From Bacteroidota bacterium (lineage in GTDB: Bacteria > Bacteroidota > Rhodothermia > Rhodothermales > Bin80), in the NCBI GenBank assembly GCA_028875125.1, contig JAPPGC010000094.1, positions 15,761-79,760 of the forward strand: 64,000 nucleotides of DNA. The letters run 5' to 3'. Within the stretch, counting starts at the first letter, position 1, and each line of letters opens with the position of its first letter. The notes beneath the pieces were generated by a model. It worked only from the letters and a program-made list of their open reading frames with translations, did no database searches and was not told the DNA's origin. This document shows, in pieces, positions 26,364 through 36,597 of the stretch. Made by a program: the position numbers and the translations under genes.

Positions 26364-29189
26364 ATGAAACAACGCGTCCCAGGTATTGCGTGCATGGTGT
26401 TACTTGGCCTTGTGCACCTCTTGACAGCCGCCTCCGTGAGCGCCCAGTCCGGTAAAATCACGGGGATCGTAACGGACGAAGCAGGGGAAGCTATGGTCAG
26501 CGTAAATGTGGTTATTGTAGGTACGACTAGAGGAGCATCCACAGATCAGGATGGAAGGTTCTTTATTCTGAATGTGGAGCCGGGCACCTATGGACTGCGA
26601 GCATCCTTTATCGGGTTCCGAACCGTGACTCAATCCGAGGTCGTCGTTAATATCAATAAGACGACCACAGTTGACTTCGTGCTTGAAGAGTCTACGACCG
26701 AAGGCGACGAAATACTCGTCATTGCTGTGCGCCCGGATGTACAGGTTGATCAGACAGCCACGCTGGAAATTATCCGCCCTGAAGAAGTCGAGCAAATTGC
26801 CGGTGTTACCGACCTTTCTGATGTACTCGGACTCCAGGCGGAAGTGAACGATGGGCATTTCAGAGGTGGGAGATCCAATGAGGAACTCTATGTGCTGGCT
26901 GGCATGGGGATCGTGAATCCGCTGAATTCATCGCGCTCATTCACACCCATGCTGAGCGCAGTTGAAGAAGTGGAGGTCATTACGAGTGGGTTTGCGGCCG
27001 AATATGGCAACGCCATGAGTGGAGTTATCAATATCTCCACCAAGGAGGGAGGAGACTCATGGAGCAGTCGGGCTGAAATTCGTACACGCACCCCCAACTA
27101 CAAGCACTTCGGGGGAAGCGTGTTTGATCCGGCGAACAATCCCTACATCCGCTTGATGAACAACCTCGAGTGGTGGAAAGCGCCTGACCCGGAAAATGAT
27201 GACAAGCCAAGATGGCAGGGGGCGGTAGGCCGTGGCTTTGGATCCAGGGTTGATCCAGAAGAGGGTGCACAGCTTGCATACGACCTGTGGAAGCGGACGC
27301 ATCGCGACGTAGGGTATCAGTACGACGACCGGTGGGATGCACTCATCGACTTTACACTTGGTGGTCCGATCTCCCAGGACAGCCGTCTCTTTGTTGCAAC
27401 TCAGATCAGTAGGGTGTGGCCCATGTTACCCACACCAGAGGCCGATAGACAAATGCAGGTTATGGGAAATCTCGTCACGAAGCCCGGCCCCGGAAAGAAA
27501 TTGAAGTTGAGTGGAATGTACGGCAGCGTCTACCAGCAGGAGTTCAGTTCTTCCGCTGGCGGTTTCTATAGATGGGTTTATGATCGCGTGATCGGCGCGA
27601 ATAAGGTGCTGGACAAAAGTGTCGGTATAGGGTTGGTCTACTCCCATGTTCTCAATGATCGGACCTACTATGAATTAACCGTGAACGGTATGCGGACCAA
27701 GCTCACCGAAGGCGTGGATGTGATTGATCCAGATCGGTTCCGCGATGATATCAAAGATGGATCCGTCTGGGAAAGACTCTACTGGGAGGATGGATTCCGA
27801 ACCGGAGTAATGGATGACGATTTTTTCGACGAAGAATCTTGGACATATTCCGCTGTCGGGTTCATTACCAGCCAGATCTCCAATAATCACGAAATTAAAG
27901 TTGGGGTCCAAGGTAACCTGTATGATATAGATGTAGAGAATCGACTGAATCATTCGTCCCGGTCCAGCGCTGTGCAGGAGTATTTTCAGGCCAGCCCTTA
28001 TGAAGGAGCAATCTATGTGCAGGATAAGATGGAATTTCAGGGAATGATCACAAATGTGGGACTGCGCTTTGATTTCTATGATCAGAATGTGGAGTATTAC
28101 ACAGACGAATTCTCTCCATTCAGAGACCCTGAAAACCCCGCGCTCATCAATGAAACCAATGCAGCGACTGCAAAAACTCCCATTGTAGCGCGACTGCAGC
28201 CACGGCTTGGATTTTCGTTTCCGATCAGTGAGCGGGCAGTCTTTCACCTGAACTATGGCAGTTACCTCAAGCGTCCCGGCCTAGAGAGTCTGATTGGCAG
28301 CAGAACAACACTCTTTAACGAAAACCTGGGAACGGTGGAACCGCGACGACTCGGTAATCCTCTTTTAAAGCCGGAGGAAACCAAGAGCTACGATGTCGGA
28401 CTGGTGCTCGGGGTAGCACGTGGGTTCACACTGGATGTGAGTGGATACTACAAGGATGTCAAGAACCTGATTCAACGTGTGGTCTACATTGATTCCAATG
28501 ACAATCTTTATGAGTCACTCGGCAATCGGGACTACGCAAACATCCGTGGTTTCAGTCTGCGCCTGAATAAGCGCAGGGGGACTATTTCTGGATCCGTGCG
28601 CTATCATTTTTCGGTGGCCACTGGGAAGAATTCAACCCCAACGGGGCGCAGCCCAATCATCGACGAAACCGACGAACAGACACAGGCTCCCAGTCCGCGT
28701 GATATCCTCCTCAATTTTGACCGCAGACATGCGCTTGTGTTGGTTGCGGGGATTAATCTTCCACGGGAATGGGGGCCAAGGATCGCTGGTGGACACCCGT
28801 TAGGTCGTCTTCGGATAAACTTCCTTCATGACTCCCGAAGTGGCAGGCCGTATACGCCCAGTGAATTATTGGGGGACAACTTTGCCAAGTTGAATACCGA
28901 ACGCACCCCTGGGGAACACAACACGGATCTCAAGATCACTAAGACTATTGGTGCAGGTATTGCACAAGTGGATGTTTTTGCTGAGATATTCAATCTCTTT
29001 AATGCACGGATATTTCATTATAACAGGGTTTTTCTGGATTCCGAAACACTGCGTCGCTACGAGAACGGAGAAGACATAGAATACGCGCTGCCAGACAGCA
29101 ACAACCCTGACCTTGCTGCTGTGCAGACATTTCGTATCTACAACAATGCCCCCCGCTCAATACGGATTGGTGTTGTCATAAACATGTGA
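26364..29189 (+). CDS. TonB-dependent receptor (CarboxypepD_reg + plug + barrel), first gene of the polysaccharide locus
   Basis: I chose the start MKQRVPGIACMVLLGL..SVSAQ (26364). Features: SGKITGIVTDEAGEAMVSVNVVIVGTTRGASTDQDGRFFILNVEPGTYGL, a plug (EVITSGFAAEYGNAMSGVINISTK) and a long barrel. It is paralogous to 59382..62216. Confidence 0.9.
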   Translation: MKQRVPGIACMVLLGLVHLLTAASVSAQSGKITGIVTDEAGEAMVSVNVVIVGTTRGASTDQDGRFFILNVEPGTYGLRASFIGFRTVTQSEVVVNINKTTTVDFVLEESTTEGDEILVIAVRPDVQVDQTATLEIIRPEEVEQIAGVTDLSDVLGLQAEVNDGHFRGGRSNEELYVLAGMGIVNPLNSSRSFTPMLSAVEEVEVITSGFAAEYGNAMSGVINISTKEGGDSWSSRAEIRTRTPNYKHFGGSVFDPANNPYIRLMNNLEWWKAPDPENDDKPRWQGAVGRGFGSRVDPEEGAQLAYDLWKRTHRDVGYQYDDRWDALIDFTLGGPISQDSRLFVATQISRVWPMLPTPEADRQMQVMGNLVTKPGPGKKLKLSGMYGSVYQQEFSSSAGGFYRWVYDRVIGANKVLDKSVGIGLVYSHVLNDRTYYELTVNGMRTKLTEGVDVIDPDRFRDDIKDGSVWERLYWEDGFRTGVMDDDFFDEESWTYSAVGFITSQISNNHEIKVGVQGNLYDIDVENRLNHSSRSSAVQEYFQASPYEGAIYVQDKMEFQGMITNVGLRFDFYDQNVEYYTDEFSPFRDPENPALINETNAATAKTPIVARLQPRLGFSFPISERAVFHLNYGSYLKRPGLESLIGSRTTLFNENLGTVEPRRLGNPLLKPEETKSYDVGLVLGVARGFTLDVSGYYKDVKNLIQRVVYIDSNDNLYESLGNRDYANIRGFSLRLNKRRGTISGSVRYHFSVATGKNSTPTGRSPIIDETDEQTQAPSPRDILLNFDRRHALVLVAGINLPREWGPRIAGGHPLGRLRINFLHDSRSGRPYTPSELLGDNFAKLNTERTPGEHNTDLKITKTIGAGIAQVDVFAEIFNLFNARIFHYNRVFLDSETLRRYENGEDIEYALPDSNNPDLAAVQTFRIYNNAPRSIRIGVVINM

Positions 29190-29211
29190 CACTTACGGCA
29201 TAGTAACAAAG

Positions 29212-31452
29212 ATGGCTCGTATCCTCGCATTTATTCTAATAATGGCAGCAGTGCTTCCTGAAACTCAGGCACAGGTCCTGCGCGACAAGCGTGTACACAG
29301 TCGTGGGATGCTGCACGAGACGGTCTATAACACTGGAGAGATCGGCCGCAAGTGGTTTTACAGAGATCATGACATTACACTGGACCCACTTATGGAGTGG
29401 CCGGGGAATTCAGCTACGACCATAGATGGTCTGCAGTACAGTGGGCAACATAACATTATTGGAGGCGGAATATCAATTGCAGCCTCGTACAGCGGCACGA
29501 ACATATTCAATCTTGACGAGCGCATGTACTCGTTTGGTGGATCATCTGGGCAGCACGTCCCCATCACGGTTGCCGGGGTGTATTCCTTTCCGATTTCCAT
29601 CGAACGTGTAGAGAACTATCCGCTTCTAGACGATGGCAGTTTGAACCCTGCTTATGATCCCAATGAAGCCGAGGAGATCATCACTGCGCAGTGGGGGACC
29701 AATACCGGAATATCGGTCACACGTACTAGTCGCGCCTGGAGCTATCCGGACTATGATGATTTGATCATATTCGAGTACACGTTTGAAAATACCGGTGACA
29801 AGGACGGGGATGGCAATCTAGACAATAATGAAACACTCCATGAGGTTCTGATAGGATTTCATTATGGAGTGGCACCTTCTATGATGGGATTTCAGCGGTG
29901 GTATGGTACGTGGGAGTATGATTTCATGTACAAGAACGATCTGCGTGGTTATTTCGATCGGCATCGCTGGTTGAGGTATGTGGTTAACATCGGCAATGGG
30001 GTAAACGCGGATTTTGCCCAATCCGGCAAGCCGGATCCAAAATATTTCGCGAGCTTTGCCGCTACCGGTGAGCAGGGCGGAGGATTGATGTCCCCTCAGG
30101 CCCCAGGTATCCAGATGTTGTTTTACGATCGCAACTACTTGGCTACTAAGGGAAACACGTTCGCACTTGATCCGAGGGTTTCAAATGAGCGCATGATCAC
30201 TAGCGACAGTACGCTCAAGCAACCTTTCATGAACAAGGTCGAAAGCGGAAACTCCAGAGAGGACAAGATGAGACCCAAGCTTGTCCCATACACGCGCTGG
30301 AGCGGTACATACACTCCCTATCGGGAAACGGTATTCCCTCCGCCACCGGGCACCGAGGATCCCGATACTCTGAGGTGGATCGGACGTGGAGCATATAATT
30401 TCAGGCAATCCTACAAGGCGGTTGGTCACCACATTGTATTTGGACCGTACATTCTTCCGCCGGGAGCCAAATTGGAATTTTCACTAGCTGAAGTGGTGGG
30501 CTATAGTGCTGCCGATGGACCAGGGGAATGGGACGAAGGCGGGGGACTTGGCGAGGTAATTGACGAGCAACTACCGTGGCATGAGGTCCCACATTTTGCG
30601 GATCGGGTGATTGATCCGGCATCCGGTCAAACGCTTGTAGAAAACTATATCGGAGAGTTTGGTTATCCAGACTATGTAAACTCGGACGTTCGAACGGTCA
30701 AAGATGTGGCCGATATGGCCTACAATGCCTACACAGGCAGGGCACCCTTGCTACCTCTTTGGCCGGAAGATAACCCGCCTGATGGGGTATATCAGATTCC
30801 TACACCACCTCCAGCACCTATTGTCAGGATCACCAATAACGACAGGGCTCACTCGGTTCTGCGTTGGGGGCGTGCACAGGAATCTTTTTCACATCCAAGA
30901 TTGACGGGCCCGGTGGCTACTTACCGTGTACAGCGCTCACAGGCAGCGATTGGTCCATGGCAGACCTTGGCAGAGATTCCCGTTGGCAGTGCCAATAATC
31001 TGACCGAGTCAGATTTGTACGAGTTCATAGATACAGAAACGACAGTTGGAGAGTCACAGTGGTATGCAGTCACGTCTCTGGATGCCCAGGGTAATGAAAG
31101 CGGGAAGACCAACCTCATGGAAGTAACCTCCCAACTTGGAGCTGCCGAGACGCTGGTTGAAGTACATGCTGTGCCTAACCCGTTTTATCTCAGAAGTGGT
31201 TTCACAACCGGAGGGGGTGGTAATTCAGCGCAGCAAATTGGTTTTTATGGGCTACCGGAGCGTGCTACAATTGAGATTTACTCATACAGCGGACAGCTCG
31301 TCGATACGATAGAGCACGATGCAACTCAGTATTCCGTTCCCTGGTTTCAAGTAACCCGTAACGACCAGGAGATTGCTTCGGGAGTCTATTTCTTTGTAGT
31401 GCAGACTCCCGACGGGGAAACCTATCGCGGCAAATTTACGGTGATCAAATGA
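29212..31452 (+). CDS. uncharacterised secreted TBDR-partner protein with an FN3-like region and a T9SS-type C-terminal domain
   Basis: 746 aa with the signal MARILAFILIMAAVLPETQAQ. I recognise no catalytic family. The C-terminus VPNPFYL...ATIEIYSYSGQLVDTI...SGVYFFVVQTPDGETYRGKFTVIK resembles a Por secretion tail. It lies 22 nt after the TBDR and is homologous to the partial ORF at 62225. Confidence 0.75.
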   Translation: MARILAFILIMAAVLPETQAQVLRDKRVHSRGMLHETVYNTGEIGRKWFYRDHDITLDPLMEWPGNSATTIDGLQYSGQHNIIGGGISIAASYSGTNIFNLDERMYSFGGSSGQHVPITVAGVYSFPISIERVENYPLLDDGSLNPAYDPNEAEEIITAQWGTNTGISVTRTSRAWSYPDYDDLIIFEYTFENTGDKDGDGNLDNNETLHEVLIGFHYGVAPSMMGFQRWYGTWEYDFMYKNDLRGYFDRHRWLRYVVNIGNGVNADFAQSGKPDPKYFASFAATGEQGGGLMSPQAPGIQMLFYDRNYLATKGNTFALDPRVSNERMITSDSTLKQPFMNKVESGNSREDKMRPKLVPYTRWSGTYTPYRETVFPPPPGTEDPDTLRWIGRGAYNFRQSYKAVGHHIVFGPYILPPGAKLEFSLAEVVGYSAADGPGEWDEGGGLGEVIDEQLPWHEVPHFADRVIDPASGQTLVENYIGEFGYPDYVNSDVRTVKDVADMAYNAYTGRAPLLPLWPEDNPPDGVYQIPTPPPAPIVRITNNDRAHSVLRWGRAQESFSHPRLTGPVATYRVQRSQAAIGPWQTLAEIPVGSANNLTESDLYEFIDTETTVGESQWYAVTSLDAQGNESGKTNLMEVTSQLGAAETLVEVHAVPNPFYLRSGFTTGGGGNSAQQIGFYGLPERATIEIYSYSGQLVDTIEHDATQYSVPWFQVTRNDQEIASGVYFFVVQTPDGETYRGKFTVIK

Positions 31453-32453
31453 GACGAAGAACATCAAGCAGCAAAGCTGTATTAGTCCTTCTGTTCGCCA
31501 GTGGTTTGTTTTTACCAACCGCCCATGGGCAGAAGGTGGGAACGTCGTCTATGCAATTTCTGAGTGTGGCCCCTGATGCCCGTTCGATGGGTATTGGTAC
31601 GGCGTACAGTGCCATAGCCGAAGGAGCGCATGCGCTCTATTGGAACCCAGCCGGGCTTACGCGAACTGCGGGACACAGTCTCGTAATTGACAGGGTGGAC
31701 TGGTTCCTGGATGCAGCGCATTACGGTGTTGCCTATGGCGCATCTCTTGGATCCTGGGGGCATGCGGGCGTACATTTCTACATGGCAGACATGGGAGATT
31801 TTCAGGAGACGCGTGTGGACCATCTCGGATTCGTTGACCAAGGGGGCACACAGGTGTACAACCCAGGTCTGACAGGTACGACCTTTTCTTTGCGCAGCTG
31901 GGTGCTTGGCGTTTCATACGCCAGAGCATTCACGGACCGGTTTTCTGCCGGCCTCACGGCCAAGATGGCGCAGGAAAACCTCTGGCTGTCAGAAGCCAGT
32001 GCGTTTCTGTTTGACTTTGGAATGACATACATCACGGGATTCCGTTCATTACGCTTAGGTGCTTCTGTAATGAACTTTGGTGCACCAGTGGTCTTTGAGG
32101 AAGACTCCTATCCGGTTCCGTTACGGTTCCGGCTTGGTGGTGCGGTGGCTGTTATTGGTAGCGGTGGTATTATTTCATTTCACGACGCGAACCGCTTGAC
32201 CGCCACCTTTGACCTCATCCAACCCAATGATTATGATCAACAGTGGGCTGCAGGACTGGAGTATGCATTTTTACAGCGCATACATGTACGGGGTGGTTAT
32301 CAGCACAATTATGACATCGCGTCCTACAGTTTTGGACTGGGGATACGTCAGCCAATCGCTTCGGTTGGGCTCGGATTTGACTATAGTTACAGCAGTATGA
32401 GCGAGGCCTTTGGAGTGGTGCACCGGCTTGGATTTTCACTTTCGTTAGACTGA
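31449..32453 (+). CDS. PorV/PorQ-family outer-membrane barrel
   Basis: 334 aa. After the signal comes GTSSMQFLSVAPDARSMGIGTAYSAIAEGAHALYWNPAGL, the characteristic PorV/PorQ N-terminal pattern. Its ATG overlaps the previous stop (ATGA at 31449-31452). Confidence 0.75.
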   Translation: MRRRTSSSKAVLVLLFASGLFLPTAHGQKVGTSSMQFLSVAPDARSMGIGTAYSAIAEGAHALYWNPAGLTRTAGHSLVIDRVDWFLDAAHYGVAYGASLGSWGHAGVHFYMADMGDFQETRVDHLGFVDQGGTQVYNPGLTGTTFSLRSWVLGVSYARAFTDRFSAGLTAKMAQENLWLSEASAFLFDFGMTYITGFRSLRLGASVMNFGAPVVFEEDSYPVPLRFRLGGAVAVIGSGGIISFHDANRLTATFDLIQPNDYDQQWAAGLEYAFLQRIHVRGGYQHNYDIASYSFGLGIRQPIASVGLGFDYSYSSMSEAFGVVHRLGFSLSLD

Positions 32454-32462
32454 CTACAGGAC

Positions 32463-33863
32463 ATGCTTCGTCGACTCCCCTTACTGTTGCTCTTCGTAGC
32501 CCCATTGTCATACGGACAAGGGGTTATGCAGCCACTATCGGTTCAGGGGGTGGAGCGTCAGGAGTCCGTGACTGTGCGTGCACGGGCAATGGGTAGTGCA
32601 GTAACCGCCCTGTCGGGTTCTATTGAAACTGTGATCCTCAATCCGGCCGGTCTGGCCAGTCTTTCTCTTCCAACGCTTTCGGCAAGCGGGGCTTGGTTTC
32701 AGCAGGACTGGGCAGAAACGCAGCATTGGAATCCCAATCGCTATTACGCGGGGATGTCGCTCTTCTTCGCGGATCCAGATGAATATCGGAGCGAGCCGCT
32801 CTCGGCGCCGGACTGGACCCATAGTCAGGGCACTTTTCGATTGGCGGCAATAGGGGGAGCAATCCCATTGAGATTGGGAGAGCGCGCATTGACCGTGGGG
32901 GTTATGCTGCATCAGACCGCACAGTTGAGCGATTATGATCGCAACGACAATGTGCTGAATCCTTACATCGGCCAATTTCGCCCAGATCCTATTGAACGCC
33001 CCAAGCCCGGAGAAGAAATTGTTGTTCGATGGTCAGCCTTTGAGAGGGAGCGCACGGGATATATGCAGGCGGTTTCCACAGCAGCTGGATTGGAGTTGAG
33101 TGAAAACTTCCATGTTGGATTGCGTATTACTCGAGCTTGGGGAAGCTCAACGGATCGTCAGGAGATCCGCGAAACAGGGGTGTTTTTCCTTCGCGAAGAT
33201 GCACACGACTATGATCATGAACCCGCTAATGGGTCCATATCGTGGGATGGATCCTCGGAATACAGCAGTTGGAAAGGCGTACTGGGCTTGCAGTGGCAGT
33301 ATGACGTGATCACTGTAGGGATCACGTACCAATTTGCGAGTGATCTGCGACGCAACTTCAGTAACACCGGACAAGTGCGTACGACGAATGGCGAGGCGCG
33401 AAATCTTACGCAGGTGGGAGTCGATAGAGTCAGATTGCCTGCCCGTGTTAGGGCAGGGGTAGCTCTGCGTCCTATACCGGTCGTTACACTCGCAGCAGAC
33501 TATTCTTGGCAGAACTTTTCGGACCTGAAGGTCACAGGCAGTGGAGTGACTACAGCTCCAGACTGGGGGATGGTTGAAGGCATAGGTTTGGGAGGAGAAT
33601 GGAATTTTCGGGGGGAAACCTTCCTGCGTGCAGGGTTCAGACGCGACCCACAACCGTTCAGGATTGAGGGCTTTGGACTTGTCGGGCAGACGGCCACCGG
33701 AGACGCATTCAGTGCCGGCCTCGGGACAAGCATCTCCGTCCTTACGCTGGATATCGCATATGAATTTCAGCGCTTGCGTTACCAGGATAGATGGGAATCC
33801 AATGTTGACTACAACCGGATACGCAAGCATAATGTGCTCTTTGGTGTGTCCTACACTTTTTAG
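32463..33863 (+). CDS. second outer-membrane beta-barrel (FadL/PorV-superfamily-like)
   Basis: 466 aa with signal ...PLSYGQ. Features: SVTVRARAMGSAVTAL...ILNPAGLASL, alternating amphipathic strands and a C-terminal ...LFGVSYTF. It lies 9 nt after the PorV-like gene. Confidence 0.65.
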   Translation: MLRRLPLLLLFVAPLSYGQGVMQPLSVQGVERQESVTVRARAMGSAVTALSGSIETVILNPAGLASLSLPTLSASGAWFQQDWAETQHWNPNRYYAGMSLFFADPDEYRSEPLSAPDWTHSQGTFRLAAIGGAIPLRLGERALTVGVMLHQTAQLSDYDRNDNVLNPYIGQFRPDPIERPKPGEEIVVRWSAFERERTGYMQAVSTAAGLELSENFHVGLRITRAWGSSTDRQEIRETGVFFLREDAHDYDHEPANGSISWDGSSEYSSWKGVLGLQWQYDVITVGITYQFASDLRRNFSNTGQVRTTNGEARNLTQVGVDRVRLPARVRAGVALRPIPVVTLAADYSWQNFSDLKVTGSGVTTAPDWGMVEGIGLGGEWNFRGETFLRAGFRRDPQPFRIEGFGLVGQTATGDAFSAGLGTSISVLTLDIAYEFQRLRYQDRWESNVDYNRIRKHNVLFGVSYTF

Positions 33864-33919
33864 AAGCTGGCCGGCATATGAACGGCATCTGTAGCACACA
33901 CGGCCAGTCTGGTTTTGCT

Positions 33920-36502
33920 ATGCCTTTATGGCGACAACTGTTGTTCATTGGTCTGCTTATTCCTGCCCAGGCTCTGGCTCAGCACCCCAGGTACGACACA
34001 TACACTGGTTTTGCTACGGATACAACACCGGTACTACCGGCGGTTGAAAAACATCCTTCGTTATACTTTTCTGCGGACTTTATACCGGAGCTCCGTTTGC
34101 GCAAGGCTGACCAGAGCTCAAGGTACTATTTCCTTTGGCAGCGCTTCAGAGCGGATGCTCTCAGGTACATCACCAAAGACATGTCGCTTATGGATGAAAA
34201 TGATCGTCCTCGCGCAGCAAAGACGTTGGCTTTCTGGTGGATAATAGAGGAAGATTCAACTGCCCTCCAAAAAGCAATTGAGGCATTACTAGTGGCCTAT
34301 AACGGTGTACCCCAGACTGGGGAGAAACCTTATGATGAGATTTACCGTGCGATCTGGTTGCAAAATTACGCTGCTGCCTACGACTGGGTTTATGATCACT
34401 TGACCTCAGACCAGAACACTGAAATTCGTCTTCGCATAGTGGAAGAGACACAGTATCTGAGAGACAATATTATGGTTGGGGACCGTCTGGCACCGCGTCC
34501 GCATAATCACCGGTCCAAGCCGGCCTGGGCAATCGGTACCGCAGCACTGGTACTTTCTGACCATGATCAGGCGGCAGATTGGCTCTCCCATGCTCTGGAA
34601 GCAGCAAATACAGTGACGAGATATCAGTTTAGCGCGGATGGAATCTACCGTGAAGGTGGACACTACTGGATGTATAATGCGGTAAACTTTATCCCTTTTC
34701 TGTGGCACTACTTGAATGTATCCGGGGTTGATTTATTTGGTGATTATCAGCCGGCATTTGAATGGCCAATCCGCGTACGTACAGGACGTGGCCAGATTCC
34801 AAATATAGAGGATTCCTACCTCAAGCCAGCGCCTACCCATATGGTAGCCGCAGCATACAAAGGCGTACCGACCTCCTTGAATGCAGACGCAGATTTCGCA
34901 GCCATTTGTCAGTGGAATTATGAGAATACCCGCCTGATTGAACATAATTACACGGGTGCAACCGTGGATGTAGCGTGGGAGATCGACGAGTACATTCTGT
35001 TCGACAGTTCCATTGAATCCGTTGCACCAACGGTTTCTCCGAATCAATTTCTGGAAGGCGGTCAGGTGGTATTTCGCAGGAGCTGGGAACCCTCATCAGA
35101 TGACCGATACCTGCTTTTCCACGGGGTTGCAGACGCTGACAATCATAATCATCCAGACCAACTGTCTTTTTTTCTGGGCGGAAACGACGCCATCTTGGCC
35201 CCGGATGCAGGCTACGGTCCAGATGGATTCTCTGATGATCGGCGCGGCTCCTGGTATCTTAAAGCTCACGCACACAATATTCTCACAGCTGATGGGTTTC
35301 CGCCGGTGGCGGATGACCTGTACAGTAATCCGTCTGTGTTAAACGTTACTCCTTTCGCCCGTTATGAGATTGATTCCGAGTTTTTCGGGTTTGCGGAAAA
35401 GGAGAGCGGGTATGTTCGCCCGAACGATGTGAGTCTACGCCGGAGTATCGCCTTTATTGATCAGGATTATTTTGTTGTTTCGGATCTGCTTTATGGGTCC
35501 GAGGAGCACACCTATCGATCATATTTGCATGGACGCGGATCATTTAATCAAGCGGGTCACTACCTATCTTGGTCTCCTTTCGGAAATCGCTATGGGGCGG
35601 CAGCAAGACTGGACGCATTTATCTTACCCGAGTCTGCCAGCCTAACGGTATCAACCGGCTACATCAGCCTGTTCAAGGATGAGCGTCATGAGCAGTATGT
35701 TGAAGCCGCGCAAGTCGGTCAGGAGGCCGCATTCATGCAGCTACTCTTGCCAGCCAGGTCCGGATCTTCCGTTCCAGACCTAGACGATTTAAGTGGTGAA
35801 TCCTACGTAGCCGCAAGGCTTGTCAGATCTGATTCACTGGATTACTTTTTTCTCCAGGCACGATCAGAGTTGCGTGAGTTGGGTGAATTCGCTACCGATG
35901 CCACTTTTGCGTGGTTACGAAACACTGATGCGGGATGGCAGAATCTGGCGCTTCGTGAAGCGAATCAATTCGAGAGTGCAGAGATAGAGGTTTCATCAGA
36001 TTCAAAGGTGACACTTGCCTTGGATGCCAGCACGAGTGGAGTCCTTGATATTGCTACGCCCGCAGTGCATCCAGCCGCACAGATCGAAGTAGTCATGACG
36101 GGTGCAGAGTTGGTGCAGGAGGTCCGTATTAACGGGCAGCCAAGCCCATTTACCTTTCAATCGGATCGTCTATTGATTGGCTTGGAGAAGACGAGTATTG
36201 ATCTGATCCCCGACAATAGTACTCCAGAGCAGTTACAAGCCTACCCAAACCCGTTCAGTCACTCCGTGACACTGGAGGCATCGGTAAACCGTACCGGCCC
36301 ACTTACTGCTGAGGTCTACAATCTCTTGGGCCAGCGGATACGTAAACTTGAAGCAGAACACATAGTCGGCACCAAGACTATCCGCTTTACGTGGGACGGA
36401 TATACGGAGTCCGGTTCATCTGCCCCTTCTGCTATATATTTCGTGCGCTTGACGGATGCGCGCGGCGCGACATTGCTGGGTAGAGTTGTGCGCGTTAGGT
36501 AA
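33920..36502 (+). CDS. heparinase II/III-family polysaccharide lyase with a T9SS C-terminal sorting domain
   Basis: I chose the start MPLWRQLLFIGLLIPAQALAQ (33920). Motifs: RPHNHRSKPAW, HYWMY, DNHNHPDQLSFFL and KAHAHN. C-terminus: AYPNPFSHSVTLEA...EVYNLLGQRI...IYFVRL. Confidence 0.8.
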   Translation: MPLWRQLLFIGLLIPAQALAQHPRYDTYTGFATDTTPVLPAVEKHPSLYFSADFIPELRLRKADQSSRYYFLWQRFRADALRYITKDMSLMDENDRPRAAKTLAFWWIIEEDSTALQKAIEALLVAYNGVPQTGEKPYDEIYRAIWLQNYAAAYDWVYDHLTSDQNTEIRLRIVEETQYLRDNIMVGDRLAPRPHNHRSKPAWAIGTAALVLSDHDQAADWLSHALEAANTVTRYQFSADGIYREGGHYWMYNAVNFIPFLWHYLNVSGVDLFGDYQPAFEWPIRVRTGRGQIPNIEDSYLKPAPTHMVAAAYKGVPTSLNADADFAAICQWNYENTRLIEHNYTGATVDVAWEIDEYILFDSSIESVAPTVSPNQFLEGGQVVFRRSWEPSSDDRYLLFHGVADADNHNHPDQLSFFLGGNDAILAPDAGYGPDGFSDDRRGSWYLKAHAHNILTADGFPPVADDLYSNPSVLNVTPFARYEIDSEFFGFAEKESGYVRPNDVSLRRSIAFIDQDYFVVSDLLYGSEEHTYRSYLHGRGSFNQAGHYLSWSPFGNRYGAAARLDAFILPESASLTVSTGYISLFKDERHEQYVEAAQVGQEAAFMQLLLPARSGSSVPDLDDLSGESYVAARLVRSDSLDYFFLQARSELRELGEFATDATFAWLRNTDAGWQNLALREANQFESAEIEVSSDSKVTLALDASTSGVLDIATPAVHPAAQIEVVMTGAELVQEVRINGQPSPFTFQSDRLLIGLEKTSIDLIPDNSTPEQLQAYPNPFSHSVTLEASVNRTGPLTAEVYNLLGQRIRKLEAEHIVGTKTIRFTWDGYTESGSSAPSAIYFVRLTDARGATLLGRVVRVR

Positions 36503-36597
36503 GGGAAACTAAGCGTCGGCGGTATAGGTGTGTGTGGGGGCCTTCGCCATATCCGTCTCACGACGTCCCGCATCGGTCAATGACTAGAAAAAGGTTG

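Noticed and set aside
33147-33899. A 250-aa minus-strand ORF
   Set aside because: It is antisense to the 466-aa barrel gene. The product is Cys/Arg-rich and not protein-like.
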